64,000 nucleotides of DNA from Candidatus Bathyarchaeia archaeon. GTDB lineage: Archaea; Thermoproteota; Bathyarchaeia; Bathyarchaeales; Bathycorpusculaceae. This document shows, piece after piece, positions 51,366-60,797 of this stretch. The translations under genes and the position numbers were made by a program. Positions within the stretch are counted from its first letter, which is position 1. The number at the start of each line of letters is the position of its first letter. Where the stretch lies: contig JBEKOM010000001.1 in assembly GCA_049521795.1 (NCBI GenBank), positions 128,001 through 192,000 on the forward strand, given 5' to 3'. The notes below the pieces were generated by a model. The model was not told the DNA's origin. It ran no database searches and saw nothing but the letters and a program-made list of their open reading frames with translations.

Positions 51366-52934
51366 TTATCCCTCTTCTTCAACAACACGAGCTTTCGGCT
51401 TTTTGCTGCCATTAGCCCGCGTCGATAGGTATACCGTGGTTATCAAGAATGCTGCCGTTATTGCCCCAAAGACGTACGTGAGGTTGTGAATGTTTTGCAC
51501 GCTTTGAGATTGATCCATCAAGCTGCTCTGTAAAGACGAGTTCAACGCCAGATAGCTGCTCTGCAGTTGGCTGAGGTTTTGCAGCAAGAGGTCAAAGCTG
51601 CTCAGCAGAGCCTTATACGTGGAGCTCATGTTGTCGATCTCAGCCTGCAGGCTCGCGTTATAGTTGCTCAAAAGAGCTTGGTATGTCGCGTTCAAGCTGT
51701 TAAAGTCTGTTTGAAGCTTAGTATACTCGCTAAGCAATTCGCTCTGCAACTGTAGTACTTCTGAAGAGATCACAGTAATGCTCTGATCCCCGTGCGGGTA
51801 GCTGAAGTACAAATAAGTAGTTGCGTTATCAGAAGCGCTCAACAAAGAGGTTGCAACCTCTCCTTCACGATCTACGACGATCAAGGGGTACTCCATCAGC
51901 GACACCGGAATCGTCATCCTACAGAAACCAGATGTACCGTCCTTCCCGACTGCACTGAAGCTGACCATCTTGTAGCCCGTTTCTCTGCCAACTTCAAACT
52001 TGAAATCAGGGATTGTGGAGTTGCTGATAACGGTTATCTGAAATTTCTCATAGTTGTACATTATGTCGTACTCGGAAAAAGTTCCCACCAAGGGATAGTT
52101 ATCCTGGTTATTCTCATCTATGGTATAGTTCTCGTCTCCAATCCCGTTTGTGCTCGGTCCTGTGAAATTGTAGTCAGCGAAGTAATTCCCTTCACCGTCA
52201 CGACTCCAAACATTTGTTGACGGACTATTTACTTGAATTGGGTTTGCGTCCAAAAAGTTGTTATGGTAAAAGAAGTTCCTGTTGCTGTCCGCAGAAAGAA
52301 AAACATCAACGACATTATCTGAAAACGTGTTACCAGAAAACAGGTTGCTGTAAAGGTAACCATTAAAGACGACTCCGATTGAGTTACTTGAAAGAATGTT
52401 ATTCGAAAACACGTTGCCGCTTGAACCAGAGATCATGATTCCATTGGAGTTATTGACGATAGCGTCGTTCGAAAAGGCGCCGTTGCTGGACAAGTCAAGA
52501 GTCAGGCCAGTGTTAGTGTTCGTGATCTCAGTGTCACTTATGACGACTCCAGTGCTTCGTGACACATGTATCCCGACGCCGGAATGGCCTAAGATGGTAT
52601 TGGTGATGGTCAAACTTTCAATGGTCACGTTTCCACTGCTTATTGAAATCGCGTAGTCGCCACCATTGCCATCAATAATCGTTGTCGTTCTGTTTTCTCC
52701 GACAATAGACAGACTCTTTTTGATTGTGAGATTTTCATGGTAGGTGCCGGTGGCCACCAAGATCGTGTCGCCTGAACTTGCATTGTCAATGGCTGCCTGG
52801 ATCGTTCCAGTGGTTGAAACGTGGATAACGCCCGGACTTGCATAAACATACACTCTACATCTAACAAAGGAAAACATGAAGAGCAAAAATAACCCAATTA
52901 GCACAATCGAAACGACTTTCTTCAAATCAATCAC
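51366..52934 (-). CDS. Exported NosD/CASH right-handed beta-helix protein with coiled coil and C-terminal TM anchor
   Basis: Signal peptide, TIQAAIDNA..GDTI.V..GTYHE, Asn-rich repeats, GNY..D, DNYPL, C-terminal TM. Confidence 0.85.
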   Translation of the reverse strand: MIDLKKVVSIVLIGLFLLFMFSFVRCRVYVYASPGVIHVSTTGTIQAAIDNASSGDTILVATGTYHENLTIKKSLSIVGENRTTTIIDGNGGDYAISISSGNVTIESLTITNTILGHSGVGIHVSRSTGVVISDTEITNTNTGLTLDLSSNGAFSNDAIVNNSNGIMISGSSGNVFSNNILSSNSIGVVFNGYLYSNLFSGNTFSDNVVDVFLSADSNRNFFYHNNFLDANPIQVNSPSTNVWSRDGEGNYFADYNFTGPSTNGIGDENYTIDENNQDNYPLVGTFSEYDIMYNYEKFQITVISNSTIPDFKFEVGRETGYKMVSFSAVGKDGTSGFCRMTIPVSLMEYPLIVVDREGEVATSLLSASDNATTYLYFSYPHGDQSITVISSEVLQLQSELLSEYTKLQTDFNSLNATYQALLSNYNASLQAEIDNMSSTYKALLSSFDLLLQNLSQLQSSYLALNSSLQSSLMDQSQSVQNIHNLTYVFGAITAAFLITTVYLSTRANGSKKPKARVVEEEG

Positions 52935-52985
52935 ACATTCTTTTCTAGTCCACAGAATTATTAAACGTTAAGGTAACATCCAAAA

Positions 52986-53687
52986 TCATCTACGAGCAAG
53001 CATTTCTCCCAGTATCAAGGAGCAAATGACAGATACACACAGACCGGAAACAAAAAGAACCGTATTGATGACAGGCTGTACGAGTGCCCACAAAACTGCA
53101 GAATAGGAGGCTATTACAAAGAACATTAGTGCGACAGCCCTGAAATATCCTCTTCTACCTCTCTCTTGCTGGACCGAAGCAGAGCGGAGTAGGTCTTGCA
53201 TCTGTCTTATCTGCTCGTCAGTCGCCAGGACAACAAGGTTCTTGTCACTGTCTTGAAACTTGAAGCTTGAAAGCGCGTATCTCTGGAGTTGCCAAGGATT
53301 TCTCTTTGGCAAGATTCTGACAATGTGACTCTTCTCCATCTTCTTCAGTATCGTCTGAATCTTACGGACAAACTGGAGGTCAACCGTCTTTTCTTCTCCA
53401 TACAACCTTCTTATCAGGTCTTTGACGTCCGGAAACGTCAATTCCAACTGGAAGGACGCGATTGCCTTGACAAGATTGAACTGATATTCACCTTCTCGCA
53501 AACGCAAATTGCCAGTAACGCAGTCTGCACTCGCGGTTTCTTTAAGAAATTTTATCTCACTTGGCAACAAACGGTGCTCAGACACTGTTTTCCCTGAATC
53601 AATAGTTTCAATTGACCTATATAATAAATACTTCGTGCAGGAAATGTGCGAATTCAACTCTTTCAACTCATCTGTCTCCATTTTCAA
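52986..53687 (-). CDS. Hypothetical protein with two C-terminal TM helices
   Basis: 233-aa ORF; wHTH-like middle region. Confidence 0.65.
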   Translation of the reverse strand: MKMETDELKELNSHISCTKYLLYRSIETIDSGKTVSEHRLLPSEIKFLKETASADCVTGNLRLREGEYQFNLVKAIASFQLELTFPDVKDLIRRLYGEEKTVDLQFVRKIQTILKKMEKSHIVRILPKRNPWQLQRYALSSFKFQDSDKNLVVLATDEQIRQMQDLLRSASVQQERGRRGYFRAVALMFFVIASYSAVLWALVQPVINTVLFVSGLCVSVICSLILGEMLARR

Positions 53688-53735
53688 TAGCGTCTACAGA
53701 AAAATCCCTTAAGTGATTAAAACGAGTGTTAACAA

Positions 53736-54143
53736 ATGGGAGTGTTATATATGGAGAATTATGTCATTGACCGCAATTTGTCCTATTTACCTTTGCAAAA
53801 TAGATACCGTCTGTGCGGTTTCCCTCTGGGCAAGAAGTACAGAAGCCACTTCGAAATCATAGCTTTGATGGTTGAAGCTGTCAAGGATGGAGGACAGACG
53901 AGATTCTCCATAATGAAGCGCGCAGGCATCAACTGCGGCCAACTCAAGAGATTTCTTAGGTCTCTCATTGAGATGGGCTTCATCCAAGAATATGTGAAAG
54001 ATGGCAAGGTCGTGTTCAGAGCAAGTGAGAGAGGGCTTGGCTTTCTAAGGCAGTATTACGTGTTGCTGACCATGGTTTTGGCCGCTGAGAATGGAACTAG
54101 ACGGTCGACTATGGTGTATGAACCGCAACTGAGGCAGAGATGA
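53736..54143 (+). CDS. Winged-helix DNA-binding protein
   Basis: YRSHFEII...TRFSIMKRAGIN...L..L...G.I...FRASERG; start uncertain. Confidence 0.75.
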   Translation: MGVLYMENYVIDRNLSYLPLQNRYRLCGFPLGKKYRSHFEIIALMVEAVKDGGQTRFSIMKRAGINCGQLKRFLRSLIEMGFIQEYVKDGKVVFRASERGLGFLRQYYVLLTMVLAAENGTRRSTMVYEPQLRQR

Positions 54144-54327
54144 AGCTCTGGAAATGCCCTAATATCCTGCTAGACTCGAAACAGAATTCTCTTTTCCCAC
54201 ATTGACTGCAACGTAGTTCTGATCCACTGCTACCAAGAGCAGTTCATTGGCTCAATCTCTTTTGCAGGGAAGGAACGATGTTTTATAAATCAAGAACCAG
54301 ATAGACTTCAAACAAGAAGGCCTAGCA

Positions 54328-55404
54328 GTGACCCGAAAACTCACCTACTCCGACTCTGGAGTTGACAGAGACTTAAGAGCTGAGTCAAAAAAAGCGTTAC
54401 ACATATTGAAGCAGACTTACGAACATAGCCGATACGGTAAAGTTGTCGAGCTTCCATACGGAAACATTTTTCCATTTCACGACCGTTATCTGGACCTGAC
54501 TATTGAAGGAGTCGGGACAAAAGTGCTCATTGCCCAGCTAGCAGACAAATACGATACCATTGGAATTGACGGCGTGGCAATGGCAGTCAATGACGTCATA
54601 CGTTCTGGCGCGAGACCAATCGCAATCGCAGATAACATCCACGCACAGGTTTCCGACCCTTCTCTTGTCAAAGAATGGATGAGAGGCATTTCAAGAGCGG
54701 CAGCCGAGTCAGAATGCATCGTTCCCAGCGGCGAGATTGGCGACGTAGCCGATCTGATAAATGGTCTCCGGTCAGGCAAGGGGTTCGACATGATTTTCGC
54801 GGCAGTAGGTGAAGTCGCTAAAGAAGATGTGATTTCAGGAAGAAACATAGGCCCTGGGGACCCAATAATAGGCTTGAAGAGTTCAGGGCTTCACAGCAAC
54901 GGCATATCTCTCGCCAGAAAAGTTCTTTTCAGGCAATGGGGCGGGAAGTACGAGGCGGACGCTGTTCCTGACGGGTTTGAACAAGAGCTAGTCCGTGAAG
55001 TCTTGGAACCGACCAGAATATACGTCAAGCCATTTCTCAGACTGACAAAAAAACTTGAAGTCAAGGCTGCAGTGCACATCACTGGCGACGCATACCTCAA
55101 GTTTGGCCGCCTTGCAAAGCCTTCCCAAGCCATAGGCTTCGAATTTGACAACATCAAACAGCAGCCAATCTTCGACTTGGTCCAAAAAACCGCAAGCGAA
55201 CTGAAAAGCCCGATAACGGACAAGGAGATGTTCAAAACATTCAACATGGGGTGGGGATTCGCAGCCATAGTGGAAAAAGCCGAAGCAGACAAGGCCTTAG
55301 ACACTTTGAACAAAGCAGGAGTAGAATCAGAACAGATAGGCCACGTAACGAGCTCCAGAGGAATCAGAGTCCTGCACAAGGGTAAGAAAATCATTTTGGA
55401 TTAG
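54328..55404 (+). CDS. purM: AIR synthetase
   Basis: TYSDSGVD, EGVGTK, SSGLHSNG, HITG, TFNMG. Confidence 0.93.
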   Translation: MTRKLTYSDSGVDRDLRAESKKALHILKQTYEHSRYGKVVELPYGNIFPFHDRYLDLTIEGVGTKVLIAQLADKYDTIGIDGVAMAVNDVIRSGARPIAIADNIHAQVSDPSLVKEWMRGISRAAAESECIVPSGEIGDVADLINGLRSGKGFDMIFAAVGEVAKEDVISGRNIGPGDPIIGLKSSGLHSNGISLARKVLFRQWGGKYEADAVPDGFEQELVREVLEPTRIYVKPFLRLTKKLEVKAAVHITGDAYLKFGRLAKPSQAIGFEFDNIKQQPIFDLVQKTASELKSPITDKEMFKTFNMGWGFAAIVEKAEADKALDTLNKAGVESEQIGHVTSSRGIRVLHKGKKIILD

Positions 55405-55461
55405 CAGTTTGCTCTGAGGGTGGCAAAAGCGTTTAAATCCATTTCGGTCCAAGCCTAGCCT

Positions 55462-55713
55462 ATGAAATACTGCCTGAGAATCGAGGTGAGCTTGAAGCCT
55501 GGGCACAGCGACCCTGAAGGCGAGACGACCGCACAGTTATTGAAAGAGCTTGGCTATGAAATTGAAGCTGCAAATGTCAGCAAAGTCTACACCGTAACTC
55601 TTGAAGCTGGGTCAAAGAAGGAAGCTAAAACGAAAGCTGAAGAGATGTGCAAGAGGCTTCTGGCAAATCCAACGAAGGATAATTACTCGGTCAAAATTGA
55701 GGAAAAGCGATGA
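55462..55713 (+). CDS. purS: FGAM synthase subunit PurS
   Basis: LKPGHSDPEG, LLANP. Confidence 0.93.
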   Translation: MKYCLRIEVSLKPGHSDPEGETTAQLLKELGYEIEAANVSKVYTVTLEAGSKKEAKTKAEEMCKRLLANPTKDNYSVKIEEKR

Positions 55714-58091
55714 CTGCAAGCCTCTACATCCGCAGAGAAACCCCTTTTCCCCTCTTTGAAATCAATCTTCACGACGCAACAAACGAGCAGCTTGTTGAGA
55801 TAAGCCGTGAACTCGGCATCGGCCTGAACCTGGAAGAAATGAATCTTGCCAAACAGTATTTCGCCAAAAAAAGAGGGAATCCGACTGATGTGGAACTTCA
55901 GACAATAGGCCAGACGTGGTCAGAGCACTGTTTCCACAAGACTTTCAAGGGTAAGATAAGATTCGGCGGGAAGGAAATCGACAGCCTGTTCAAAAAGTAC
56001 ATCGGCAAAGTTGTAGAGAAAATCAACCCATCCTGGTGCTTCTCTGTTTTTGAAGATAATGCTGGTATAGTCGATTTCGACAAGGGCTACGGAGTGGCAA
56101 TCAAGGTTGAAACGCACAATCACCCATCTGCGGTAGAGCCCTTCGGAGGGGCAGCAACCGGAACAGGCGGCGTCATCCGGGACATTCTAGGCGTTTGGGC
56201 GGACCCGATCGCGTGCACCGATGTTTTGGGATTTGGACCGCTGGATTTTGATTATGCGAAACTCCCAGCCGGGGTTAAACATCCGAAATACGTGTACATG
56301 GGCGTCGTCGCTGGCATAGGAAGCTACGGTAACAATATGGGAATTCCAACGGTCAACGGCGCCATATACTTCGATGAAAGCTACGTTGGGAATGTTGTGG
56401 TCTACTGCGGATGCATTGGGCTCCTTCCACTCAACAAGTTTAGGAAAGACGCAAAAGCGAATGAAGTCATCGTTTTGGCCGGCGGAAAAACTGGCCGGGA
56501 CGGCATACACGGCGTTACCTTCGCCTCTGCCGAACTGACGGAAAAATCAGAGGAGATTTCTCGCCCAGCAGTTCAGATAGCCAACCCGATCGAGGAGGAA
56601 AAGCTCAAGAGGGCAATAATCAAAATTCGAGACCTCGAGTTGGCATCCGCGATCACAGACTTAGGCGGTGGTGGTCTATCCTCTGCCGTGGGCGAAACCG
56701 CGAAAAAGTTTAACTGCGGCGCAGCGGTGGAGCTTGGAAAAGTTCCTCTGAAACATGTGGACCTAGCCCCATGGGAAATCTACGTCTCAGAATCTCAAGA
56801 AAGAATGCTCCTAACAACGCCGCCTGAAAACCTGGACCGTTTGTTAGCTGTCTTTGAAGATGAAGACGTTGAAGCCACGGCTATCGGAAAGCTGACCTCA
56901 AACAAGACACTGCGACTAAGTTTTCACGGCCTAGAAGTTGCAGAAATGGACATCGCATTCCTGTTTGAGCCCCCTAGAATGACTAAGACGGCAAAATACA
57001 GAGTAGCAGACTTGGAAGAGCCGGAAATTGCCACACGAGAAGACCTCGCAGAAACGGTTTTGCAGCTTCTTTCTTCGCCCAACATTGCGAGCAAAGAGAG
57101 TGTCGTGCGAACGTACGATCATGAAGTGAAAGGGAACACGGTGCTGAAGCCGTTGCAGGGCAGGAACGGCGGTCCCAACGACGCTGCCGTGTTGAAACCT
57201 TTGGATGAATGCTGGAAGGGTGTAGCAATCTCGTGCGGCATGAACCCTAACTACGGAAAAATAGACACTTACTGGATGGCTGCTTCTGTCATAGATGAAG
57301 CGGTGCGAAACAACGTGGCTGTGGGCGGAAGACGAATAGCCCTTCTTGACAACTTTACATGGGGCAATCCTGAACGGCCAGAGAGGCTTGGAAGCTTGGT
57401 CAGAGCGTGCGAGGCATGTTATGACTTCGCATTTGGATACGGCACGCCGTTCATCTCGGGGAAGGACAGCCTGTACAACGAGTCACCCTTGGGCCCAGTG
57501 ACTCCGACGCTGTTGATAACGGCGCTAGGCATAGTTCCTGATGTTCGTTCCGCAGTGTCTGTGGACGTCAAGGCCCCAGGCGATTTGATCTACATCGTTG
57601 GAGGAACCTTCAAAGAGCTCGGCGGTTCAGAATACTACAGAATGAACGGCGCTCTCGGAAGAACCGTGCCCAAAGTGCGGAGGAACCAGGCTAAGAAGAC
57701 CTTTGACGCAGTGACCGAGGCGATTGATTCTGGACTGGTCAGAGCATGTCACGACCTTTCTGAAGGAGGTTTAGCTGTCAGCGCAGCGGAATTGGCTTTT
57801 GCAGGTGGGTACGGGATCGTGCTGGATCTGAGGAAGGTTCCTTCGCAGAAGTTGAACCGTGACGATTTTCTGCTGTTCTCGGAGTCGAACAGTCGTTTCC
57901 TCGTAGAAGTCTCTGCAGAGGCGAAGGAACGCTTTGAGACCATAATGCGAGGCAGGGTTTTTGCAGAGATTGGCAGCGTTACAAAGTCTCCCAAACTGTG
58001 TATCACAGGGTTAGCGGGCGAGGTCGTCGTGGACGTTTTGCTCAACGATCTGGCGGCGAGTTGGAAGCGAACGCTCAGCAAGAGGGTTTAG
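55710..58091 (+). CDS. purL: FGAM synthase subunit PurL
   Basis: WSEHC.HK, KVETHNHPS, TGRDGIHG, SESQERM, ISGKDSLYN. Confidence 0.96.
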   Translation: MTASLYIRRETPFPLFEINLHDATNEQLVEISRELGIGLNLEEMNLAKQYFAKKRGNPTDVELQTIGQTWSEHCFHKTFKGKIRFGGKEIDSLFKKYIGKVVEKINPSWCFSVFEDNAGIVDFDKGYGVAIKVETHNHPSAVEPFGGAATGTGGVIRDILGVWADPIACTDVLGFGPLDFDYAKLPAGVKHPKYVYMGVVAGIGSYGNNMGIPTVNGAIYFDESYVGNVVVYCGCIGLLPLNKFRKDAKANEVIVLAGGKTGRDGIHGVTFASAELTEKSEEISRPAVQIANPIEEEKLKRAIIKIRDLELASAITDLGGGGLSSAVGETAKKFNCGAAVELGKVPLKHVDLAPWEIYVSESQERMLLTTPPENLDRLLAVFEDEDVEATAIGKLTSNKTLRLSFHGLEVAEMDIAFLFEPPRMTKTAKYRVADLEEPEIATREDLAETVLQLLSSPNIASKESVVRTYDHEVKGNTVLKPLQGRNGGPNDAAVLKPLDECWKGVAISCGMNPNYGKIDTYWMAASVIDEAVRNNVAVGGRRIALLDNFTWGNPERPERLGSLVRACEACYDFAFGYGTPFISGKDSLYNESPLGPVTPTLLITALGIVPDVRSAVSVDVKAPGDLIYIVGGTFKELGGSEYYRMNGALGRTVPKVRRNQAKKTFDAVTEAIDSGLVRACHDLSEGGLAVSAAELAFAGGYGIVLDLRKVPSQKLNRDDFLLFSESNSRFLVEVSAEAKERFETIMRGRVFAEIGSVTKSPKLCITGLAGEVVVDVLLNDLAASWKRTLSKRV

Positions 58092-58094
58092 GCT

Positions 58095-58913
58095 GTGAAG
58101 CGAGAAGAGATCAGGATCTGTGTCTCGCGAGTAGGCGGAACGAACTGTGATGCTGAGACGAAACGGGCGTTCGAGGCGCTGGGCGTTCAAGCTGAAGTTG
58201 TGCATGCGAACGAGATGGTGAAGCGGCGAAGCATGTTGGACTATGATGCGCTGGTTTTTCCAGGCGGTTTCGCTTACGGCGACTATGTTAGAGCTGGAGC
58301 CATATGGGCGAAGTGGATAATGTCCAAGTTGGGCAAAGAGTTAAAAGTCTTTGTGGACGAAAACCGTCCGATCCTCGGCATCTGCAACGGGTTTCAGGTG
58401 CTCGTTGAGGCAGGGTTGCTTCCGGCTTTTGAAGGAATCAGCCTATATCCTGAGGCAGCGTTGGCCACTAATCTTCCGCCGGGGTACAACTGCAGATGGG
58501 TCAGCGTTAAGCATGAGAGCAGAGGAAAGTGCGTGTTCACGTCAAAGATTCCCCGCGGAAAGGTACTCCGCGTACCAGTCGCGCACAGTGAGGGCAGGTT
58601 CATGTTTGCAAGAGAAAAAGAGAGGCAGTGCTTGGAGAGGCTTTACGAGAACGATCAGCTTGTCTTTCGCTACTGCAACAGCAGCGGCGAGTACGCAGAA
58701 GGTGCTTATCCGACAAACCCAAACGGCTCGTTTCATGACATAGTGGGCGTTTGCAACCCTGAGGGAACAGTGTTCGGCCTAATGCCGCATCCTGAAAGAG
58801 CCTTCTACTGGTGGCAGCAGCCAGACTGGACCAGACAGAAACAGACATCCGAGTACGGAGACGGAAAACTGATCTTCGAGAGCCTGATAAGCCATTTGGA
58901 AAGAAAAGGTTAA
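58095..58913 (+). CDS. purQ: FGAM synthase glutaminase subunit PurQ
   Basis: GTNCD, PGGFAYGD, GICNGFQ, AHSEG, NPNGS, MPHPER. Confidence 0.96.
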   Translation: MKREEIRICVSRVGGTNCDAETKRAFEALGVQAEVVHANEMVKRRSMLDYDALVFPGGFAYGDYVRAGAIWAKWIMSKLGKELKVFVDENRPILGICNGFQVLVEAGLLPAFEGISLYPEAALATNLPPGYNCRWVSVKHESRGKCVFTSKIPRGKVLRVPVAHSEGRFMFAREKERQCLERLYENDQLVFRYCNSSGEYAEGAYPTNPNGSFHDIVGVCNPEGTVFGLMPHPERAFYWWQQPDWTRQKQTSEYGDGKLIFESLISHLERKG

Positions 58914-59012
58914 GACGCAGAACAAGACTGTTCGAAGTCGAGCACATACCCGAAAGCTTGGCAGAGGGTCTGGCAGGGTAGTAACTTTTCAATGTTCTGG
59001 AAGCGCTGGTGG

Positions 59013-59170
59013 CTAGCCTCTAAATTCGCCAAAAATTCGAAACTGAAAGCATATACAAAAAGCATATACATTTTGCATATACACTCAACATGCATTGTTG
59101 AAAACGGTGAGGCTGTTCAGACGGGCTGTGGAGCCGTGCCGGCTGTTCAAGAACGCACGTATAACAAGGA
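59013..59170 (+). repeat. Dispersed non-coding element, copy B
   Basis: GCATATACA at 59049, 59062, 59075; GGCTGTTCA at 59111 and 59141; aligns with 4729-4902. Confidence 0.8.
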
Positions 59171-59309
59171 GACAAGACAACGCGCTAACTGTGAGCCCGA
59201 TTTCAAGTCTGACGCGTGCGTCTTGAGGTTTTCAGGTTTTCAGGGAGAACATGTTTAAGAATCCGGGTGGAAACAGAATCCCTGCGGGACCTTTGACCTG
59301 AAAGAGGGC

Positions 59310-60218
59310 ATGCAGATGGTATTCTTTTTCAAAGAGAAGTCTGTCTTGTGCCTCTTGCTATTAGCAGTCCTGCTTGTTGCTTGTGCCTCGTCAGCGGGGA
59401 CGTCGGCGCTGGTTCAGTCGTCCAATTCTATTCAGCTTGAAGAGTTTAGGTGGACCTGGACCAGATTTCCTCTGAGGGTTCTTGTTGAAATGAACCAGTG
59501 GAGTGTGCTAGACTACGCTGTTGCTGTCCGCGAAGCTTTGGACGATTGGATGAAAGGCATATGGAACTACACTCAAACGTTTAACGACACTTCGCTGCCG
59601 GCGGTGAGCTATGTTTTCTACGTTAGCAGCGTCAACGCGACGCAGGATTACGACGTGCTCGTGACGTTTACTCCAGACAGGATGCCGCCGGGTTCCAGCG
59701 TCGTCGGCCTGACGACTTATAATTATGAGCCGGCAACGCACGAGCCGATTCCCCCAATAACTATTAACGTTACAACCAGCTCCGCAAACGCGAACAGCCT
59801 GTTCGTGAAGGACGTTGTGATGCATGAGTTTGGACATGCGCTCGGTCTGGGGCATGCCGCTTCATCCAGCACGTTGAACGGGCCGGAGCTGATGTATTAC
59901 ACTTCGTCAAAGAACGAGGTTGTTTATCCTTCAACACTTGACGTTTACGGGCTCACGGAGCTCTACAGAGGAGTCTTCAGCCAGAGCGTTCAGCTACCGG
60001 TCGACGTGCCCTACGTGATGTTGACCGAAGGCACCGTTTCCCCTCCTACGGTTATTCCTCCAGCACTCAGTCTGTGGGAAGACTACAAACCATACTTGCC
60101 CATCATAGTTGTGCTTCTTTTGCTCATCGTCGTCGCCGTCGTCCTAGCACGGATCGGGAGAGAAAAGAGTCCTGAAGAACCGCCTCAGCCGCTTCCTCCG
60201 CCGCCACCAACTGTCTAG
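59310..60218 (+). CDS. Membrane-anchored matrixin/metzincin zinc metalloprotease
   Basis: Signal peptide, HEFGHALGLGH, Met-turn ELMY, C-terminal TM and Pro-rich tail. Confidence 0.88.
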   Translation: MQMVFFFKEKSVLCLLLLAVLLVACASSAGTSALVQSSNSIQLEEFRWTWTRFPLRVLVEMNQWSVLDYAVAVREALDDWMKGIWNYTQTFNDTSLPAVSYVFYVSSVNATQDYDVLVTFTPDRMPPGSSVVGLTTYNYEPATHEPIPPITINVTTSSANANSLFVKDVVMHEFGHALGLGHAASSSTLNGPELMYYTSSKNEVVYPSTLDVYGLTELYRGVFSQSVQLPVDVPYVMLTEGTVSPPTVIPPALSLWEDYKPYLPIIVVLLLLIVVAVVLARIGREKSPEEPPQPLPPPPPTV

Positions 60219-60291
60219 ACAATGCTCAAAAGTGCATCGGGTCTTCCCGACGGTACGTAACCATAAGCACTACGGCTTGTGTTTTCATGTT

Positions 60292-60786
60292 TCAATTCTC
60301 AGTTGGAGCGCGCGCTTCAGCATGCAATTCTTGTCCTGGCGTTTCCGTCTGTTCTTCAGTGGGGATCTTATCCCTGTTCCTAAGCAAGTAAAAGACTAAG
60401 AGAACTTCCACAACGATGTTGCCCGCCACGAAAACCACCTCAGGCAGCGTGCCTGTGCCCAGCTGGACTGAGAAGATGTAGAAGATAAGAAGACCCAGCA
60501 GGGTCCAAACGAAAATGAAGTCTTTGGCTAAACTTCGTGCCGTTGCTTTCCATTGAGTTTTATACGTGCGCGCTTTGACTGAATGTTCATCATTCATCGC
60601 GCGTTTGCTTTCTTCCCATGTATCCTCTTTGCGCTTAGCTCTGCTGCTCCCATAGAGGTAAAAGCCGGCTACTATTAGAAAAGCAATGCTCCAGGAAATG
60701 CTGATGGCCCACCAAGCAAAAAGGTCAATAGTCGGCACAAATTTCGGCGCGCGCACCCACCAAGCGAAAAAGCCAACAGTCAGCAC
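60292..60786 (-). CDS. Membrane protein
   Basis: SD AAGGAGG before GTG 60786; about three TM helices; follows mgtA. Confidence 0.65.
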   Translation of the reverse strand: MLTVGFFAWWVRAPKFVPTIDLFAWWAISISWSIAFLIVAGFYLYGSSRAKRKEDTWEESKRAMNDEHSVKARTYKTQWKATARSLAKDFIFVWTLLGLLIFYIFSVQLGTGTLPEVVFVAGNIVVEVLLVFYLLRNRDKIPTEEQTETPGQELHAEARAPTEN

Positions 60787-60797
60787 AATTTCCTCCT

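Noticed and set aside
50757-54327. tRNA-Gly-associated integrated element splitting the purine genes
   Set aside because: No integrase and no duplicated tRNA 3' end was found; the extra genes lie on the tRNA's 5' side.
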